A stretch of DNA of 64,000 nt from a virus. Shown here in pieces: positions 1-9,967 of this stretch; the first letter of the stretch is position 1; the number at the start of each line of letters is the position of its first letter. The position numbers and the translations under genes were made by a program. The stretch is taken from the IMG/VR virus record IMGVR_UViG_3300040758_000047, positions 32,504-96,503 of that record. The stretch is one strand, 5' to 3'. A model generated the notes under the pieces. The model did no database searches. It saw nothing but the letters and a program-made list of their open reading frames with translations, and had not been told where the DNA came from.

Positions 1-730
1 TGCCCAGATGAGTGACCCCCGGTTGTTTCATCTCCCGCATGGCCTCATCGTAAATCAGCTTCCACTGATTGGTCGGCGGGTTCGAGGCGATGATCTTCTC
101 CATGTTGTCGAACCCGTAGGCAATGACCAATTCAAGGTCATGCACCCACTGACGCGCTTTACGGAAGATCTTCAACAGGGGGAGGAGTCCGCGATCAGGA
201 GAACTGGCAAAGATGATCTTCCTTGGATTTCTCGTGGGCACGCCTTCGGCCTCGATCTCCCGTATCAAGTCGTTTCGGATGCCATTGAACCCCTGGCACA
301 CCTTCTTGGCGTATTTGGGGTACTCTTTCATCGTGAAACTGGCATGAGTCGGGCAGAGAGCGATAAAGCGGTCTAATTTCTCCCACCGTTCCTCGGTAAG
401 GTGGGGGTAGAACACATCTTGGCTAACCAATGACAAGACCTGTCCGGGATGCTCAAGGGGGAAATTATCGAGGACCTCTGGGCACCGAGACACGAACCAC
501 CATCCAGGCCGGGTGTAATCGGCCTCAGAAAGGGGTAGCCAGCGCGTCCCTAGCCACTCAGGGGGCGTATCCTGCCGCAGGGGGGCGTAGACCACCACCT
601 CGTGCCCGCGCCTCGCCAAGCGCCTAGAAACCTCCACAACGGCGGTCTCCGAACCGCCTATTCCGGGGTCCTCAGGGTTGCGCATATCCCAAGGCTCGAA
701 AGTGACGGGGCTGATGATCGTTACCTGCAT
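1..730 (-). CDS. GT-B fold glycosyltransferase (GT4-like), 5' part; runs off the window edge
   Basis: Not in ORF track. Manual translation from ATG at 730: MQVTIISPVTFEPWDMRNPEDPGIGGSETAVVEVSRRLARRGHEVVVYAP...KIIFASSPDRGLLPLL, open to base 1. GGSE..V..L...GHEV and SSPDRGL are typical GT4 motifs. Confidence 0.85.
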   Translation of the reverse strand, partial: MQVTIISPVTFEPWDMRNPEDPGIGGSETAVVEVSRRLARRGHEVVVYAPLRQDTPPEWLGTRWLPLSEADYTRPGWWFVSRCPEVLDNFPLEHPGQVLSLVSQDVFYPHLTEERWEKLDRFIALCPTHASFTMKEYPKYAKKVCQGFNGIRNDLIREIEAEGVPTRNPRKIIFASSPDRGLLPLLKIFRKARQWVHDLELVIAYGFDNMEKIIASNPPTNQWKLIYDEAMREMKQPGVTHLG

Positions 731-1018
731 CTAAAGGTACTCCGCAGCGGTCGGCTGCACGGTTATCATTTTGACGGGCTGGAGTTTCTGGTGGAAAGTC
801 ATCTGCTGAAGCCAGAGGTTGCCGGAAAATAGAACATCGAAACGTTCTTTCCATGTGAACCTCCACCGGGTGGTCACTACCCCATCTGGCCTAGAACTGA
901 TGATCGACGGAAGGGGCAAGTACTCAGGTTGGTCCTTGGCGATGACTGTCTCGTTGTACATCTTGGCGTCTGCCATCGACGGGTGACGCAACAAAACTGG
1001 TGAACACGGGTATGGCAT
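731..1018 (-). CDS. conserved hypothetical phage protein
   Basis: IAKDQPEYLPLP...TRWRFTWKERF...LWLQQMTF resembles a recurrent small phage family; abuts the GT start. Confidence 0.6.
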   Translation of the reverse strand: MPYPCSPVLLRHPSMADAKMYNETVIAKDQPEYLPLPSIISSRPDGVVTTRWRFTWKERFDVLFSGNLWLQQMTFHQKLQPVKMITVQPTAAEYL

Positions 1019-1060
1019 CTAATTTCCTCCTGTGTGCCCCGAGAATAAGCACTCGTGGGA

Positions 1061-1399
1061 CTACTTCTCCATTTGATTCGGCGTAGTGAGAGGTTTCACA
1101 ACCCCCTTGGGAGCTTCGGGTGGCCTGACCAACTCCAACTTGTCGGTCAGCGTGCAGTTCTCGCATTTAGCCGCTTTCCGTGCAGCGGTCGCCGCTTGAT
1201 CGAAGGCCGATTGCGCCACTTCGTGTTGCTTGTACAGGCCGTTGAACTGAATCTGGATTTGCGCCATCTGGTTCTCGATGGTCAATAAAGTGATCTTGGC
1301 GTCCTGAAGCTTCACTTTTTCCGCATCGGGAATCTTGGGCTGTTCTTGGGATTGAGCAAAAGCGAGGGAAGCCAGCAGAGAGAGAAGGACCGTTTTCAT
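1061..1399 (-). CDS. signal-peptide coiled-coil protein
   Basis: MKTVLLSLLASLAFA-Q signal peptide, coiled coil, CxxC; has its own promoter. Confidence 0.7.
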   Translation of the reverse strand: MKTVLLSLLASLAFAQSQEQPKIPDAEKVKLQDAKITLLTIENQMAQIQIQFNGLYKQHEVAQSAFDQAATAARKAAKCENCTLTDKLELVRPPEAPKGVVKPLTTPNQMEK

Positions 1400-1406
1400 G
1401 ACTCTG

Positions 1407-1435
1407 AGTATAGGGATTTACGTTGGTAGAGTCAA
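1407..1435 (-). promoter_or_regulatory. sigma70-type promoter, probably leaderless transcript
   Basis: TTGACT-N17-TATACT ending 7 nt before the ATG at 1399. Confidence 0.7.
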
Positions 1436-1701
1436 GAGACTTTCTCCGGCATATCCCAGATCAAGCGTGTACTGCGGCAACCAGTAGCAGGCGCTTCCCG
1501 GCTCAATCACTCGATAACCTTATGGCGGATCGCGGTGGCCACCGCCGGATGCGCCGGGTGAGCAGTACGTGCTGCTGCGAATCGGTGACCAATTATTCCG
1601 CGTGTGCGTCAGCGTAACTGCCGAGGAAATTGAGGGGGACGCCCGCCTTCTTGCAATCCGCCAACCCGCCCCCGGACCCGACAGAAAAGCCTAGTTCTGT
1701 C

Positions 1702-3303
1702 TTAGTGAAACGCCGTAATCAGCATACCTAGCGATTGACTCGGATTGACAACAAAATTGAAGCTTAGTTGTGTCTGCGCTGTGTCAAAGAAGTGGAGGCC
1801 GACATCGCCATTTGTGAGTCCACTCGAATCACCGCCGCAAACCCCGGCAGTCGTGACGGAACAAGCGTTGATGGCGGTTGGGCACGGGAAATCGTCCACT
1901 ACACCGGTCGGACCTGAGACAGACAGAACAGGCCCCGTTCCCATTGTGCCAGTACCAATCAATAAATCATTGGTTTCGCCTGGAGTTATCAGTGGCACCC
2001 CGGATATCGAGGCACCCGTGGATGGAGTGCTGCCCGCTGTCGTGTCCTTAAAGACAGATGAGGATGTGATTTGAGTACTGCCAGAGCCAGCCGTTGCTGC
2101 CGTGTCGAGAGAGGTAGCTGTGGTGCAGTAATAAGTCAGAAGGTCGTTGCCTCCGCCAGCGCTGACGGCACTAATCGTATAGGTATTGGGGTTTGAGATC
2201 GTGACGCTGTGGTACCAGACCGTCCCACTTCCACCACCATTTGACACGCTGGAAAAATTATTACTGAGACTATCCGAGACACTTGTCACGTAAGAAGCAT
2301 CGTCGGTGACAACCACCATGGTTGTATTTGTGGGACACGGAATGTTTTGCACATATGTAGCCGCCACATTAGACATATTCTGCGAGGATGCGAGCACCTG
2401 TGCCCCAGATCCAGTCGGGGCCGACCCTCCCGAACCGGGCTTGAACGCAGCAGCCATGATAGTGAATGAATCATGGGTTGTTTGAGAGATTGTGACCGCG
2501 GGAGTAAAGCTCGTCGCCGTGGCTATGCAATACATCTCCAGATGACCGGCAAATGTATTCTCATCCAATAGAGTGCAGCCGGAGGGTATCGTGATCGCGC
2601 CCCAGGCGTTGCCCTGCTGTATCGTGTTGTTTTCGCTCTCATCATCCACTTCGATATAGACAAGATCGCCCACCACCACGGTGATCCCTGTGCCGGAAAT
2701 GTTCGGAGCCGTGTTATTGGTTGGAACTACAGCAGTCTTGCAGGAACTAGTTCGCAGGGCACCCGTCGTAGCAATATTATAGAAACTTCCAAGGCCGAAA
2801 TAAAAATCTCCTGTTTTATGCCCCCACGTCACGGTTACTTGTGTTGGGGTGGTGGTTGCAGGGGGGACAAAATTCATCGCGTAGTAGATGTTATGATCTG
2901 CTCCATTTGGAATCGCAATCCCAGCGTCCTTGCAACCTGAACCGACCGTGAAAGTTGAGTTCCACGTATTCCCGCTTCCGCTGTTGCCATTGTCCGTCAG
3001 AGTTGGCGTGCAGGGTGACGCGCACGTTTGGACATATCCATTGCCGGTAGTGGGATTGTTGGGCCATTCCCCCGAGACGATTACGAGGGAGCCGGTGGTC
3101 ACGCCGTTGGGCCAAGCGGTCGGGTCTAGCGTAAAAATAGGAGCGTTCATACCAGTGGTTGTTGAACGCGTGATTACATTCTTGCCGAAAAATTGGGTCA
3201 ACGACGGAGTACCACCTGAAGCATGGGAGCCCATCGTCCCTGGACCCGGCATTGGAATCTGATGCCAGGACAGCGAGAGGAGAACAAGAGAAAGTAAAAT
3301 CAT
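1702..3303 (-). CDS. Thr/Ser/Gly-rich beta-strand protein (putative receptor-binding/fibre accessory) with hydrophobic N-terminus
   Basis: 533 aa, translationally coupled to the upstream fibre-like gene. Confidence 0.6.
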   Translation of the reverse strand: MILLSLVLLSLSWHQIPMPGPGTMGSHASGGTPSLTQFFGKNVITRSTTTGMNAPIFTLDPTAWPNGVTTGSLVIVSGEWPNNPTTGNGYVQTCASPCTPTLTDNGNSGSGNTWNSTFTVGSGCKDAGIAIPNGADHNIYYAMNFVPPATTTPTQVTVTWGHKTGDFYFGLGSFYNIATTGALRTSSCKTAVVPTNNTAPNISGTGITVVVGDLVYIEVDDESENNTIQQGNAWGAITIPSGCTLLDENTFAGHLEMYCIATATSFTPAVTISQTTHDSFTIMAAAFKPGSGGSAPTGSGAQVLASSQNMSNVAATYVQNIPCPTNTTMVVVTDDASYVTSVSDSLSNNFSSVSNGGGSGTVWYHSVTISNPNTYTISAVSAGGGNDLLTYYCTTATSLDTAATAGSGSTQITSSSVFKDTTAGSTPSTGASISGVPLITPGETNDLLIGTGTMGTGPVLSVSGPTGVVDDFPCPTAINACSVTTAGVCGGDSSGLTNGDVGLHFFDTAQTQLSFNFVVNPSQSLGMLITAFH

Positions 3304-6300
3304 CGCTCCACCCTCCAGTTTACCTCAGCCCCGCTTGCCACGGTTAAAGATCCAGTGGACCAGTTGCAGACTTGGAAGTTCACGTTGTTTGTCGTTGGAT
3401 AAGCAGTGATTGCTAAGCCACCCGTAGTAGCTGGAGTGAATCCGGTGACCGCTCCCCACGCCGCATTCGGGGTGAACGAGATAACATCAGTTGAGGCCAC
3501 TCCAGATGCCGAGATGGTCAAAGTAGCACAACTTGTGCTAGTAATCGCCCCTAGACTATTCAATGATCCAGTCGAGGATGATGCAGTCGTACCCGTGGCA
3601 ATAGTTTGGGGAATGTTGTACGCAGTACCACCTGCAAGGGCGAGGGTAGCGGCTCCAGATACTCCTGCCGTTCCCGAGCCACTCTTGGCACCGCCCGCTC
3701 CAGTGACCAACGCGATATTCCCTCCCGCGCCACCAGAATCATTACCCGCCCCGCCTGCCCCGCCAGTGCCCGAGGTGATAGTGATTGTCCCACCAGCACC
3801 TCCCACTGTGGAGGTGGTGCCCGAGCCGGTCGCTGCACCTCCTGTACCGCCTGCGATGGCCGGAGAACTACCAACGCCTCCAGTGTTGGTCCCAGTTGAC
3901 GAGGTAGCACCGCCCGCCACGCCACTGATATTGAAGAGGGTTGTGGCTGTCGTACCGTTGCCGCCTGCGCTGGCTGGAGCTGTTCCTGCTAGTGTCAACC
4001 CAGAACTGGAAGTAATAGGATACGTGAAGGTAGCGTCGGCGGTGGGGTTGGCCAAGCCAGATGTTGACTTATCGAGCGTGATTGCAGGTAGATCACCGGA
4101 GGCAATGGTTCCCCATACTGGCGCTGCACTGACCGTCCCGTTGCCCGTCTGGACTAGGAAGTTTTTAGTACTGGTGGTGTTGCCCGCCAGACGGGTGGGC
4201 GCTGGAGTAGAGTTCTCATAAATCAAATCTCCGAGGGTGTTCATCGGGTTAGTGAGAATGTTCGACCATGAGGTTGTGCCTGATCCATTGGTGGTGAGGG
4301 AGTACCCATTTGTGCCCCCGGTGGGCGGCAGGGTGAAAGTGTAGTTGGCTGTTGCCGCGCTAGCTAGGATTGTGTGGAAGGCGGCACTGGGGTTAGCCAG
4401 TTGGAGAGTGCCGCCCACGCTGTTGTCCACGCCCAGAGTTACAGCCGCCGTCCAGGAGGATGCGGAGGTGCTGGAAGCGTTGGGAACAGTTCCCGCCGCA
4501 GCGGAGGTGGCGTTCGTGCCACCCTGAGCGATGGTCACATTCGCTTCACTACCAACCGCGTAAGTCGAACCGGCAAAGGTCGCTATTCCAGCACTAGGTT
4601 GGCTAGTAGCATACACCAATCCACTAGCAACGATTGGACCTATTACAGTAATACTGCTAGCAGGAGCGGCAAAGTTTAGCGTAGTAGTGTTAGTCGTGCC
4701 CAACACTAACTGGTTTGTAGCAGCCGTAATAGTCTGAGCAGCAGTAAACGTATTAGCTCCCAGCGTGGCAAGAGTACTTGTAACGTTAGGAGCAGTAACA
4801 GTCACTGCTCCAGAACTAGTGGGGAACGACAAAGTGGTCAGATTAGAACCAGCACCAAATATCAACTGGTTAGACGTAGGGGAGAAAGTCTGTGCGGTAC
4901 TCCAGGTATTTGCTTGCCCGATACCAGGAATAGTTTGAGAAGTCGTTGGCATGGTAAAGGTTGCTGTACCACCCAACGCAAACGTAGCGGTATAGGCTCC
5001 TGTCTCTGTTATACCGCCGCCACTTGCGATAGACAATCCAGTAACCGTAGTAGCCGCAATCGCTCCAGTACCAATCACTGCCAACGCACCAGCGGAACTC
5101 ATTTGTACCCCGTTACCGTTGCTGTCGAACCGGACGGGGTGTGCCGCTGATCCAGACGCCGTACTAACTCGAAAGATATTACCAGTACCTGTGTTACTGG
5201 CCGTATCCGTCAACTCAAATAAATCTATAGCAGATCCAGTCGTAGAATTGTAGGTAAGAGTGGTAGTGTCGGCCGCCATTGTAAGCGATAGATTGCCAGT
5301 TGGATTTCCAATAGAACTCCAGCCTGGACTACCTCCCGATGGACAGGTCTGGAAAGATGGGGTAGTAGTCCCATAGCTAGTTGCACCAGACATCAAACAT
5401 TGTCCATTACCTGTGGGAGTTACCCATGTTGGATTTGTTGCACCAGACATCAACGCACTATACGCGGTCGTTGCTAACCCGGCAAGTGCTGTTGGGGATG
5501 ATCCATATACAAGATATCCTGCGGTCATTGACGTTGGGTAGGCAATGGTTGAGAAGATTGGATTCGCCGCTCCCTGTCCAATGAGAGGCATATTAGATGC
5601 CCCCTGTGCCGTGGACACCGGGGATGACCCAGAAGCTCCGGCAAGCACCACCCCGTATTGCGTGAGGAGACTTCCGCAAGATATAGCTGTCGAGGTCGAT
5701 CCGTAAAGAATGCCGCCCTGCGTACAGGAGCTTGGGTGAGAAACCGTAGAGTACGCCGGAGTTGCAGATGCCCCTTGGCCGACCAACGGCATATTTAGCG
5801 CTCCTGCTGCAAGCCTTGCCGCCGCTCCCGACGAACCACCAACAAATAAGTCCCCGGTCGTCGTTAAGGGGTAATTCGTGAGTGATGCGATGGCTGGAAC
5901 GTAGGAAGCCGTAAGCGCTGTCCCATTCCATACTCCAGAGCTAATCGTACCAACCGATGTCAAGCTTGATCCAGTGCCACAAATCCCAGTCTGCGGGTTT
6001 AATAGTTCCCAGTAAGTTCCATCATAAGTGGCAATGGCGACAGCGGTTGTCAATATATCGTTGGCAACCAAAGCGCTCTGCCCGCACTTGGTAATCGTCG
6101 GAGAGCTAAGGCCGTTGACCGTTAAGGTGGGAGCGGCGGCGGTATTAGCTGCCGTAGCCTTCCACATCACCGTTAATCCAGCGACCATTAATGTAGCTGG
6201 CGGAGCCAACGTCACGGTTTGCGCCTGAGCGGTCCCGCCACCCGCAGCGTACTCTGTTGAATCCAAGTCAGCCCAGCTTTTATATGAACCAACCGCTGAA

Positions 6301-7373
6301 GATCCGCCACTCGCCAACATCTGGTTAGCCGTGCCCGCCGTGCCTGATTGCACTGCCCCAGTCGAAGTCGTGCCTCCGAACAGAGGCGCATAGGCCGTCA
6401 GGGATGTCGCTCCCGTACCTCCACCAGCGACAAGAGCCGTACCAAAAGAAGGGGTCGTTGAAGACCCGCCAGAGACTAAAGGAACTCCGCTGGTTCCGCT
6501 GGTAGCAATCCAAGTAGGGTTCGTCGCTCCAGCCCCAAGAACCCCATAGGCCGTAGTGGCTAAGTTGGCGAGTGCTGTAGCGCTCGACCCATAAACGAGT
6601 CCCCCTGCGGTCATTGCAGTTGGATACGCGATCGAAGAAAAGACCGGATTCGCCGCGCCTTGGCCTATTAGCGGCATGTTAGATGCCCCCTGTGCACTAG
6701 CTGTGGGAGATGACCCAGCACCACCACCAAATAACACCCCGTATTGAGTTAATGCCGCTGAACTAGCCCAGGAAGATGCACTGCTGAAATAAGGGATACC
6801 TCCGTTGTTGCCTGCTACAGTCAACGCAGGAGTGGTCGTTGCTGAACCAACCGAGATCAATCCGCCCGTAAAGCTTACACTAGTGACGGTCCCGTTTATT
6901 GCCGAGGTCGTTAATAGATCCCCGTTCACATCATGAAATTGCCAGCCCGCTGCCGTGCTCATAATCGCCGAGGTGTTCGCAGCCATCGTCATTGGCGCTA
7001 GAATCTCGTATGCGGCGGTTGTGCCATTTACGTAGAGCGTGACAGATGACACTGAAGAACCACTCGCATTTACCAACTCGATTGAAGTTATATAGGTGTT
7101 CACGGTGGATGTGCCCGTATAAAGAGCGCTCCCGGTAGATGTCGGCAGTTGGCCTTGGGCTAACACGCCGGGAGTTGTTATGTATGGGGCCGACGTGCTC
7201 ACAGTGGTGCCAAAGATGGTGTAGGTGACCGCACTTGCGGTCCCCGCAGATCCATAGATTGTGCCGCTAGGTGCCAGCGTGAATAGTTCATTGTATGGCA
7301 CGCCGACCGTCGAGATTGGCTGTTGCGCCAACGCTGGCAAGCACAATACGAGGATAGGCAGGAACTTCCTCAT
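3300..7373 (-). CDS. long fibre-like/adhesin-like protein with signal peptide
   Basis: 1357 aa, G/T/S/A-rich; internal repeats (LTQYGV...AQGASNMPLIGQGAANP) and Gly-rich GGAGG block; N-terminus MRKFLPILVLCLPALA-QQ. Confidence 0.7.
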   Translation of the reverse strand: MRKFLPILVLCLPALAQQPISTVGVPYNELFTLAPSGTIYGSAGTASAVTYTIFGTTVSTSAPYITTPGVLAQGQLPTSTGSALYTGTSTVNTYITSIELVNASGSSVSSVTLYVNGTTAAYEILAPMTMAANTSAIMSTAAGWQFHDVNGDLLTTSAINGTVTSVSFTGGLISVGSATTTPALTVAGNNGGIPYFSSASSWASSAALTQYGVLFGGGAGSSPTASAQGASNMPLIGQGAANPVFSSIAYPTAMTAGGLVYGSSATALANLATTAYGVLGAGATNPTWIATSGTSGVPLVSGGSSTTPSFGTALVAGGGTGATSLTAYAPLFGGTTSTGAVQSGTAGTANQMLASGGSSAVGSYKSWADLDSTEYAAGGGTAQAQTVTLAPPATLMVAGLTVMWKATAANTAAAPTLTVNGLSSPTITKCGQSALVANDILTTAVAIATYDGTYWELLNPQTGICGTGSSLTSVGTISSGVWNGTALTASYVPAIASLTNYPLTTTGDLFVGGSSGAAARLAAGALNMPLVGQGASATPAYSTVSHPSSCTQGGILYGSTSTAISCGSLLTQYGVVLAGASGSSPVSTAQGASNMPLIGQGAANPIFSTIAYPTSMTAGYLVYGSSPTALAGLATTAYSALMSGATNPTWVTPTGNGQCLMSGATSYGTTTPSFQTCPSGGSPGWSSIGNPTGNLSLTMAADTTTLTYNSTTGSAIDLFELTDTASNTGTGNIFRVSTASGSAAHPVRFDSNGNGVQMSSAGALAVIGTGAIAATTVTGLSIASGGGITETGAYTATFALGGTATFTMPTTSQTIPGIGQANTWSTAQTFSPTSNQLIFGAGSNLTTLSFPTSSGAVTVTAPNVTSTLATLGANTFTAAQTITAATNQLVLGTTNTTTLNFAAPASSITVIGPIVASGLVYATSQPSAGIATFAGSTYAVGSEANVTIAQGGTNATSAAAGTVPNASSTSASSWTAAVTLGVDNSVGGTLQLANPSAAFHTILASAATANYTFTLPPTGGTNGYSLTTNGSGTTSWSNILTNPMNTLGDLIYENSTPAPTRLAGNTTSTKNFLVQTGNGTVSAAPVWGTIASGDLPAITLDKSTSGLANPTADATFTYPITSSSGLTLAGTAPASAGGNGTTATTLFNISGVAGGATSSTGTNTGGVGSSPAIAGGTGGAATGSGTTSTVGGAGGTITITSGTGGAGGAGNDSGGAGGNIALVTGAGGAKSGSGTAGVSGAATLALAGGTAYNIPQTIATGTTASSSTGSLNSLGAITSTSCATLTISASGVASTDVISFTPNAAWGAVTGFTPATTGGLAITAYPTTNNVNFQVCNWSTGSLTVASGAEVNWRVER

Positions 7374-7374
7374 A

Positions 7375-7989
7375 TTACTGGTAGTACGCCGTCAAAGACA
7401 TTGTAGTGCAACCAGTTGTGGTTGACCCAGCATCCGCAGTAGCCGCCGCAAAGCCAATGCCGCTAGTAAAATTCTCCAGCGCAAGCTGTCCAGGCGCAAT
7501 GGTAAGCCCAAGTCCAGCCTGTACCATATAGGAATCCACTACTCCCGTTCCAATGCTCGGCACGCCAGAGTTGTTATAAAACTGAAGGAAACACGTCACG
7601 GTGCCATAGTTGCTTGCGGAAAATCCGTAGAGGTTCCCGGCACTGCCCTTAATGTTTAAGGCCGTTCCCGTGTAGGTATGGTGATACATAGTGAAAGCAT
7701 ACGTGGCCGAGGTGCTGGGAGTAGTCGGTGAAACCGACAGGGCATTCGTCACGTAGGCATTCACCCCGATGACATTACCTGACGGGGCCGACCCATAAGC
7801 GGTAGGAGTGGCTGTAATTGAAGAGCCTCCTTCTTGTGATAAATTGACGCTCACGGGAATCATACTGGAGATGCCTTGCACGGTGATTACTCCAGGCGCA
7901 GCAGTGCCCGCCGTCCCAGATCCAGTTACGGGTTGCTGCGCCAAGGAGACACCGGCACAGAGAGTGAGTGCCGCGAATAATTTTCTCAT
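7375..7989 (-). CDS. signal-peptide beta-sandwich protein
   Basis: MRKLFAALTLCAGVSLA-QQ; C-terminal IKGSAGNLYG...FLQFYN...FTSGIGFAA domain of a kind common in phage structural regions. Confidence 0.65.
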   Translation of the reverse strand: MRKLFAALTLCAGVSLAQQPVTGSGTAGTAAPGVITVQGISSMIPVSVNLSQEGGSSITATPTAYGSAPSGNVIGVNAYVTNALSVSPTTPSTSATYAFTMYHHTYTGTALNIKGSAGNLYGFSASNYGTVTCFLQFYNNSGVPSIGTGVVDSYMVQAGLGLTIAPGQLALENFTSGIGFAAATADAGSTTTGCTTMSLTAYYQ

Positions 7990-8300
7990 TTCTGTTTCCT
8001 TTCAATCCATTCGAAGTCGTCGTTAATGTCCCAGTGCTTTTCATCGGCGCGGCAGAGTTCACGTACTTGTTTTCGCCAAACCTCAATCTTTTCGTTAAGC
8101 TCCTTCAGTTCTTTTTCGGCTTCCTTTTGGTCTATCTGGGCTTGGAGGATTTGATTCCTGTCCGTCATGACACGCTGGAGGGCTACGTAAGCCTTCCTAG
8201 TAAGTTGTAGCACTTCCACTTTTTGCGCGTCCGTCACGGGGGCTGGCTTCTCATCGGAGAATGCCACCAGCGAGGCGAGCAGGAGGATAAGCGTTCTCAT
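7986..8300 (-). CDS. signal-peptide coiled-coil protein (same architecture as 1061-1399)
   Basis: MRTLILLLASLVAFS, then PVTDAQKVEV coiled coil. Confidence 0.65.
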   Translation of the reverse strand: MRTLILLLASLVAFSDEKPAPVTDAQKVEVLQLTRKAYVALQRVMTDRNQILQAQIDQKEAEKELKELNEKIEVWRKQVRELCRADEKHWDINDDFEWIERKQK

Positions 8301-8428
8301 AGGCTATCTAGATGCCTCTTGTGGATACGGCGGCGGTCGGCGTAATTACGTATCGCCCGAGTCCACCGGCCAATCGGCTCTAACGCAATCAAGATCGCGC
8401 AAGCCATAATGACATCTACCTGCCACAT

Positions 8429-8785
8429 TTACGTAAACTCCGTTACCGAGAGAAGGCCACCGATGGCACTACTGACCGCAGCAATCGATCCCTTCCAGCA
8501 CGCATCCTGGTAGATTCGGCTACTACCGTCTCCAACGGTTCCGCCAGCAGGGAGTGATATATGAAATGCGCTCGATGTAGGATTTGCCCCTAGCCCGATG
8601 TAGATCACGGTTGTCCCTAAGTTCTGGAGCATGAAACTCAGTCGGGCTGGGTTGGCTGGTAGGACTGTCGCGGCCCCAAGTCCAACCGTGGTTTGACTCG
8701 GGGCGCTGGCTGTCGTAGAAATAGGCCCTTGCGTTATCGAAATCCCGTTGAGGGGGTTGACGCGAGGTGCCGGACAATAACCCAT
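8429..8785 (-). CDS. small beta-sandwich structural protein
   Basis: VLPANPARLSFMLQNLGTTVIYIG motif typical of small phage jelly-roll proteins. Confidence 0.6.
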   Translation of the reverse strand: MGYCPAPRVNPLNGISITQGPISTTASAPSQTTVGLGAATVLPANPARLSFMLQNLGTTVIYIGLGANPTSSAFHISLPAGGTVGDGSSRIYQDACWKGSIAAVSSAIGGLLSVTEFT

Positions 8786-8931
8786 ACTGCCCTTCCTAAG
8801 CCGTCCAACGTTGGACTAATTTAATGGTATTGCCTTGCACAATCACGGTCAAGCAATACCAAAAATAACGCCGCGCCCATCGGATCATTGACCCGACAGA
8901 CGCGGCGCTTTCCCTCTGCCGTGAGAGCCTG

Positions 8932-9390
8932 TTAGATGTATTCAAGCGTGACCGTGACGCCGCCTACCGGAGGCAACGCACCGGGAATTGACCAGCGCCA
9001 GCCGAGGCCGTCACCGACCGCCAATACAGTCAATACGGTCGAGTTGAACAGCGTGCCCTGCTGATAAACGTCCACCGCCGAGAAGTGAGATATGGTGGAA
9101 GCCAACACGTTCGCCGAAGACCCGAGTGGCGTTGAGCCAACCGCGTGAACCAGCATACCGGCGGTCGAACCCAGAACGCTGTGGCGCTCCGTCACCGCCA
9201 CCACTTGACACGGCGCATCGGCGGTAAAGATGTGATTGGTGATTGAGGTCTGGTAGGACGATCCAGCCGGGGAGCTTCCCGTCAATTGCCCCTGCCATGC
9301 GATTGTGTACGAGACCTGCGACGGAGTGACTGGGTTGTATGCTCCAGCCGGGTTGAACTGCGATCCGCTTTGATAAACGTTGGTAATCAT
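8932..9390 (-). CDS. putative structural/decoration protein
   Basis: Likely start MITNVYQ at 9390 after GAGAGGA; lies in the capsid operon. Confidence 0.55.
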   Translation of the reverse strand: MITNVYQSGSQFNPAGAYNPVTPSQVSYTIAWQGQLTGSSPAGSSYQTSITNHIFTADAPCQVVAVTERHSVLGSTAGMLVHAVGSTPLGSSANVLASTISHFSAVDVYQQGTLFNSTVLTVLAVGDGLGWRWSIPGALPPVGGVTVTLEYI

Positions 9391-9409
9391 AATCCTCTCT
9401 TGACCTCCA

Positions 9410-9958
9410 TTAACTGCTCGTCGGGGCCGGGCTTGAGCTAGTACTGGTGCTGGCATCTTCCACTTGCCACTGCGTTCCGTCCGACAGCAGCGTGACTGCC
9501 GATTCGTCCGAGTGGAAGGTGATCGTGGTGTGGGCGTTCCCGAGATTCTGCCCCGACTGGCAGACCACAGTTCCGTTGCCAGCACCCACTCTAGCGATCG
9601 TGATGGACTTGCCGACGAAAACCGTGGCATCGCACAGCGTTACTGCAAACGCGCTGGTTCCAGTCATGACGACATAATCGTCGGTGGCTCCGTTGACGGT
9701 GTACGCCGCCGAAACCGAGGTAGGCTTGGACACCCACGCAGCTATCTTCTGCCAAGCCCCGCCAGGGTAGGTCGTGCTGGGAGCGCTCACCAACTTGTAA
9801 ATAAGCGGCTGGCCAGCGGAGGCGGACGTGATCCAGATCAGGTCCCCGAGTTTGAGGTTCATCCCGGTCACGTCCGACGAAGCCGTAGGCAGCGTATTGG
9901 CGTAGAACATCTGCTGTTCGCTGGGAAGATAAGCCGGAGTCGCAATGAAAGACGGCAT
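9410..9958 (-). CDS. putative structural protein
   Basis: GGAGG RBS; C-terminal ESAVTLLSDGTQWQV fibre-like motif. Confidence 0.6.
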   Translation of the reverse strand: MPSFIATPAYLPSEQQMFYANTLPTASSDVTGMNLKLGDLIWITSASAGQPLIYKLVSAPSTTYPGGAWQKIAAWVSKPTSVSAAYTVNGATDDYVVMTGTSAFAVTLCDATVFVGKSITIARVGAGNGTVVCQSGQNLGNAHTTITFHSDESAVTLLSDGTQWQVEDASTSTSSSPAPTSS

Positions 9959-9967
9959 GAATCCTCC

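Noticed and set aside
8-627. Plus-strand ORFs and hairpins as a possible ncRNA
   Set aside because: Explained by the minus-strand glycosyltransferase frame.
1515-1693. Plus-strand coding-like fragment (EQYVLLRIGDQLFRVCV...)
   Set aside because: No convincing start codon or RBS; at most a remnant.
3406-4221. 271-aa Pro/Val/Ala-rich plus-strand ORF
   Set aside because: Antisense artefact of the Gly/Thr-rich fibre codons.
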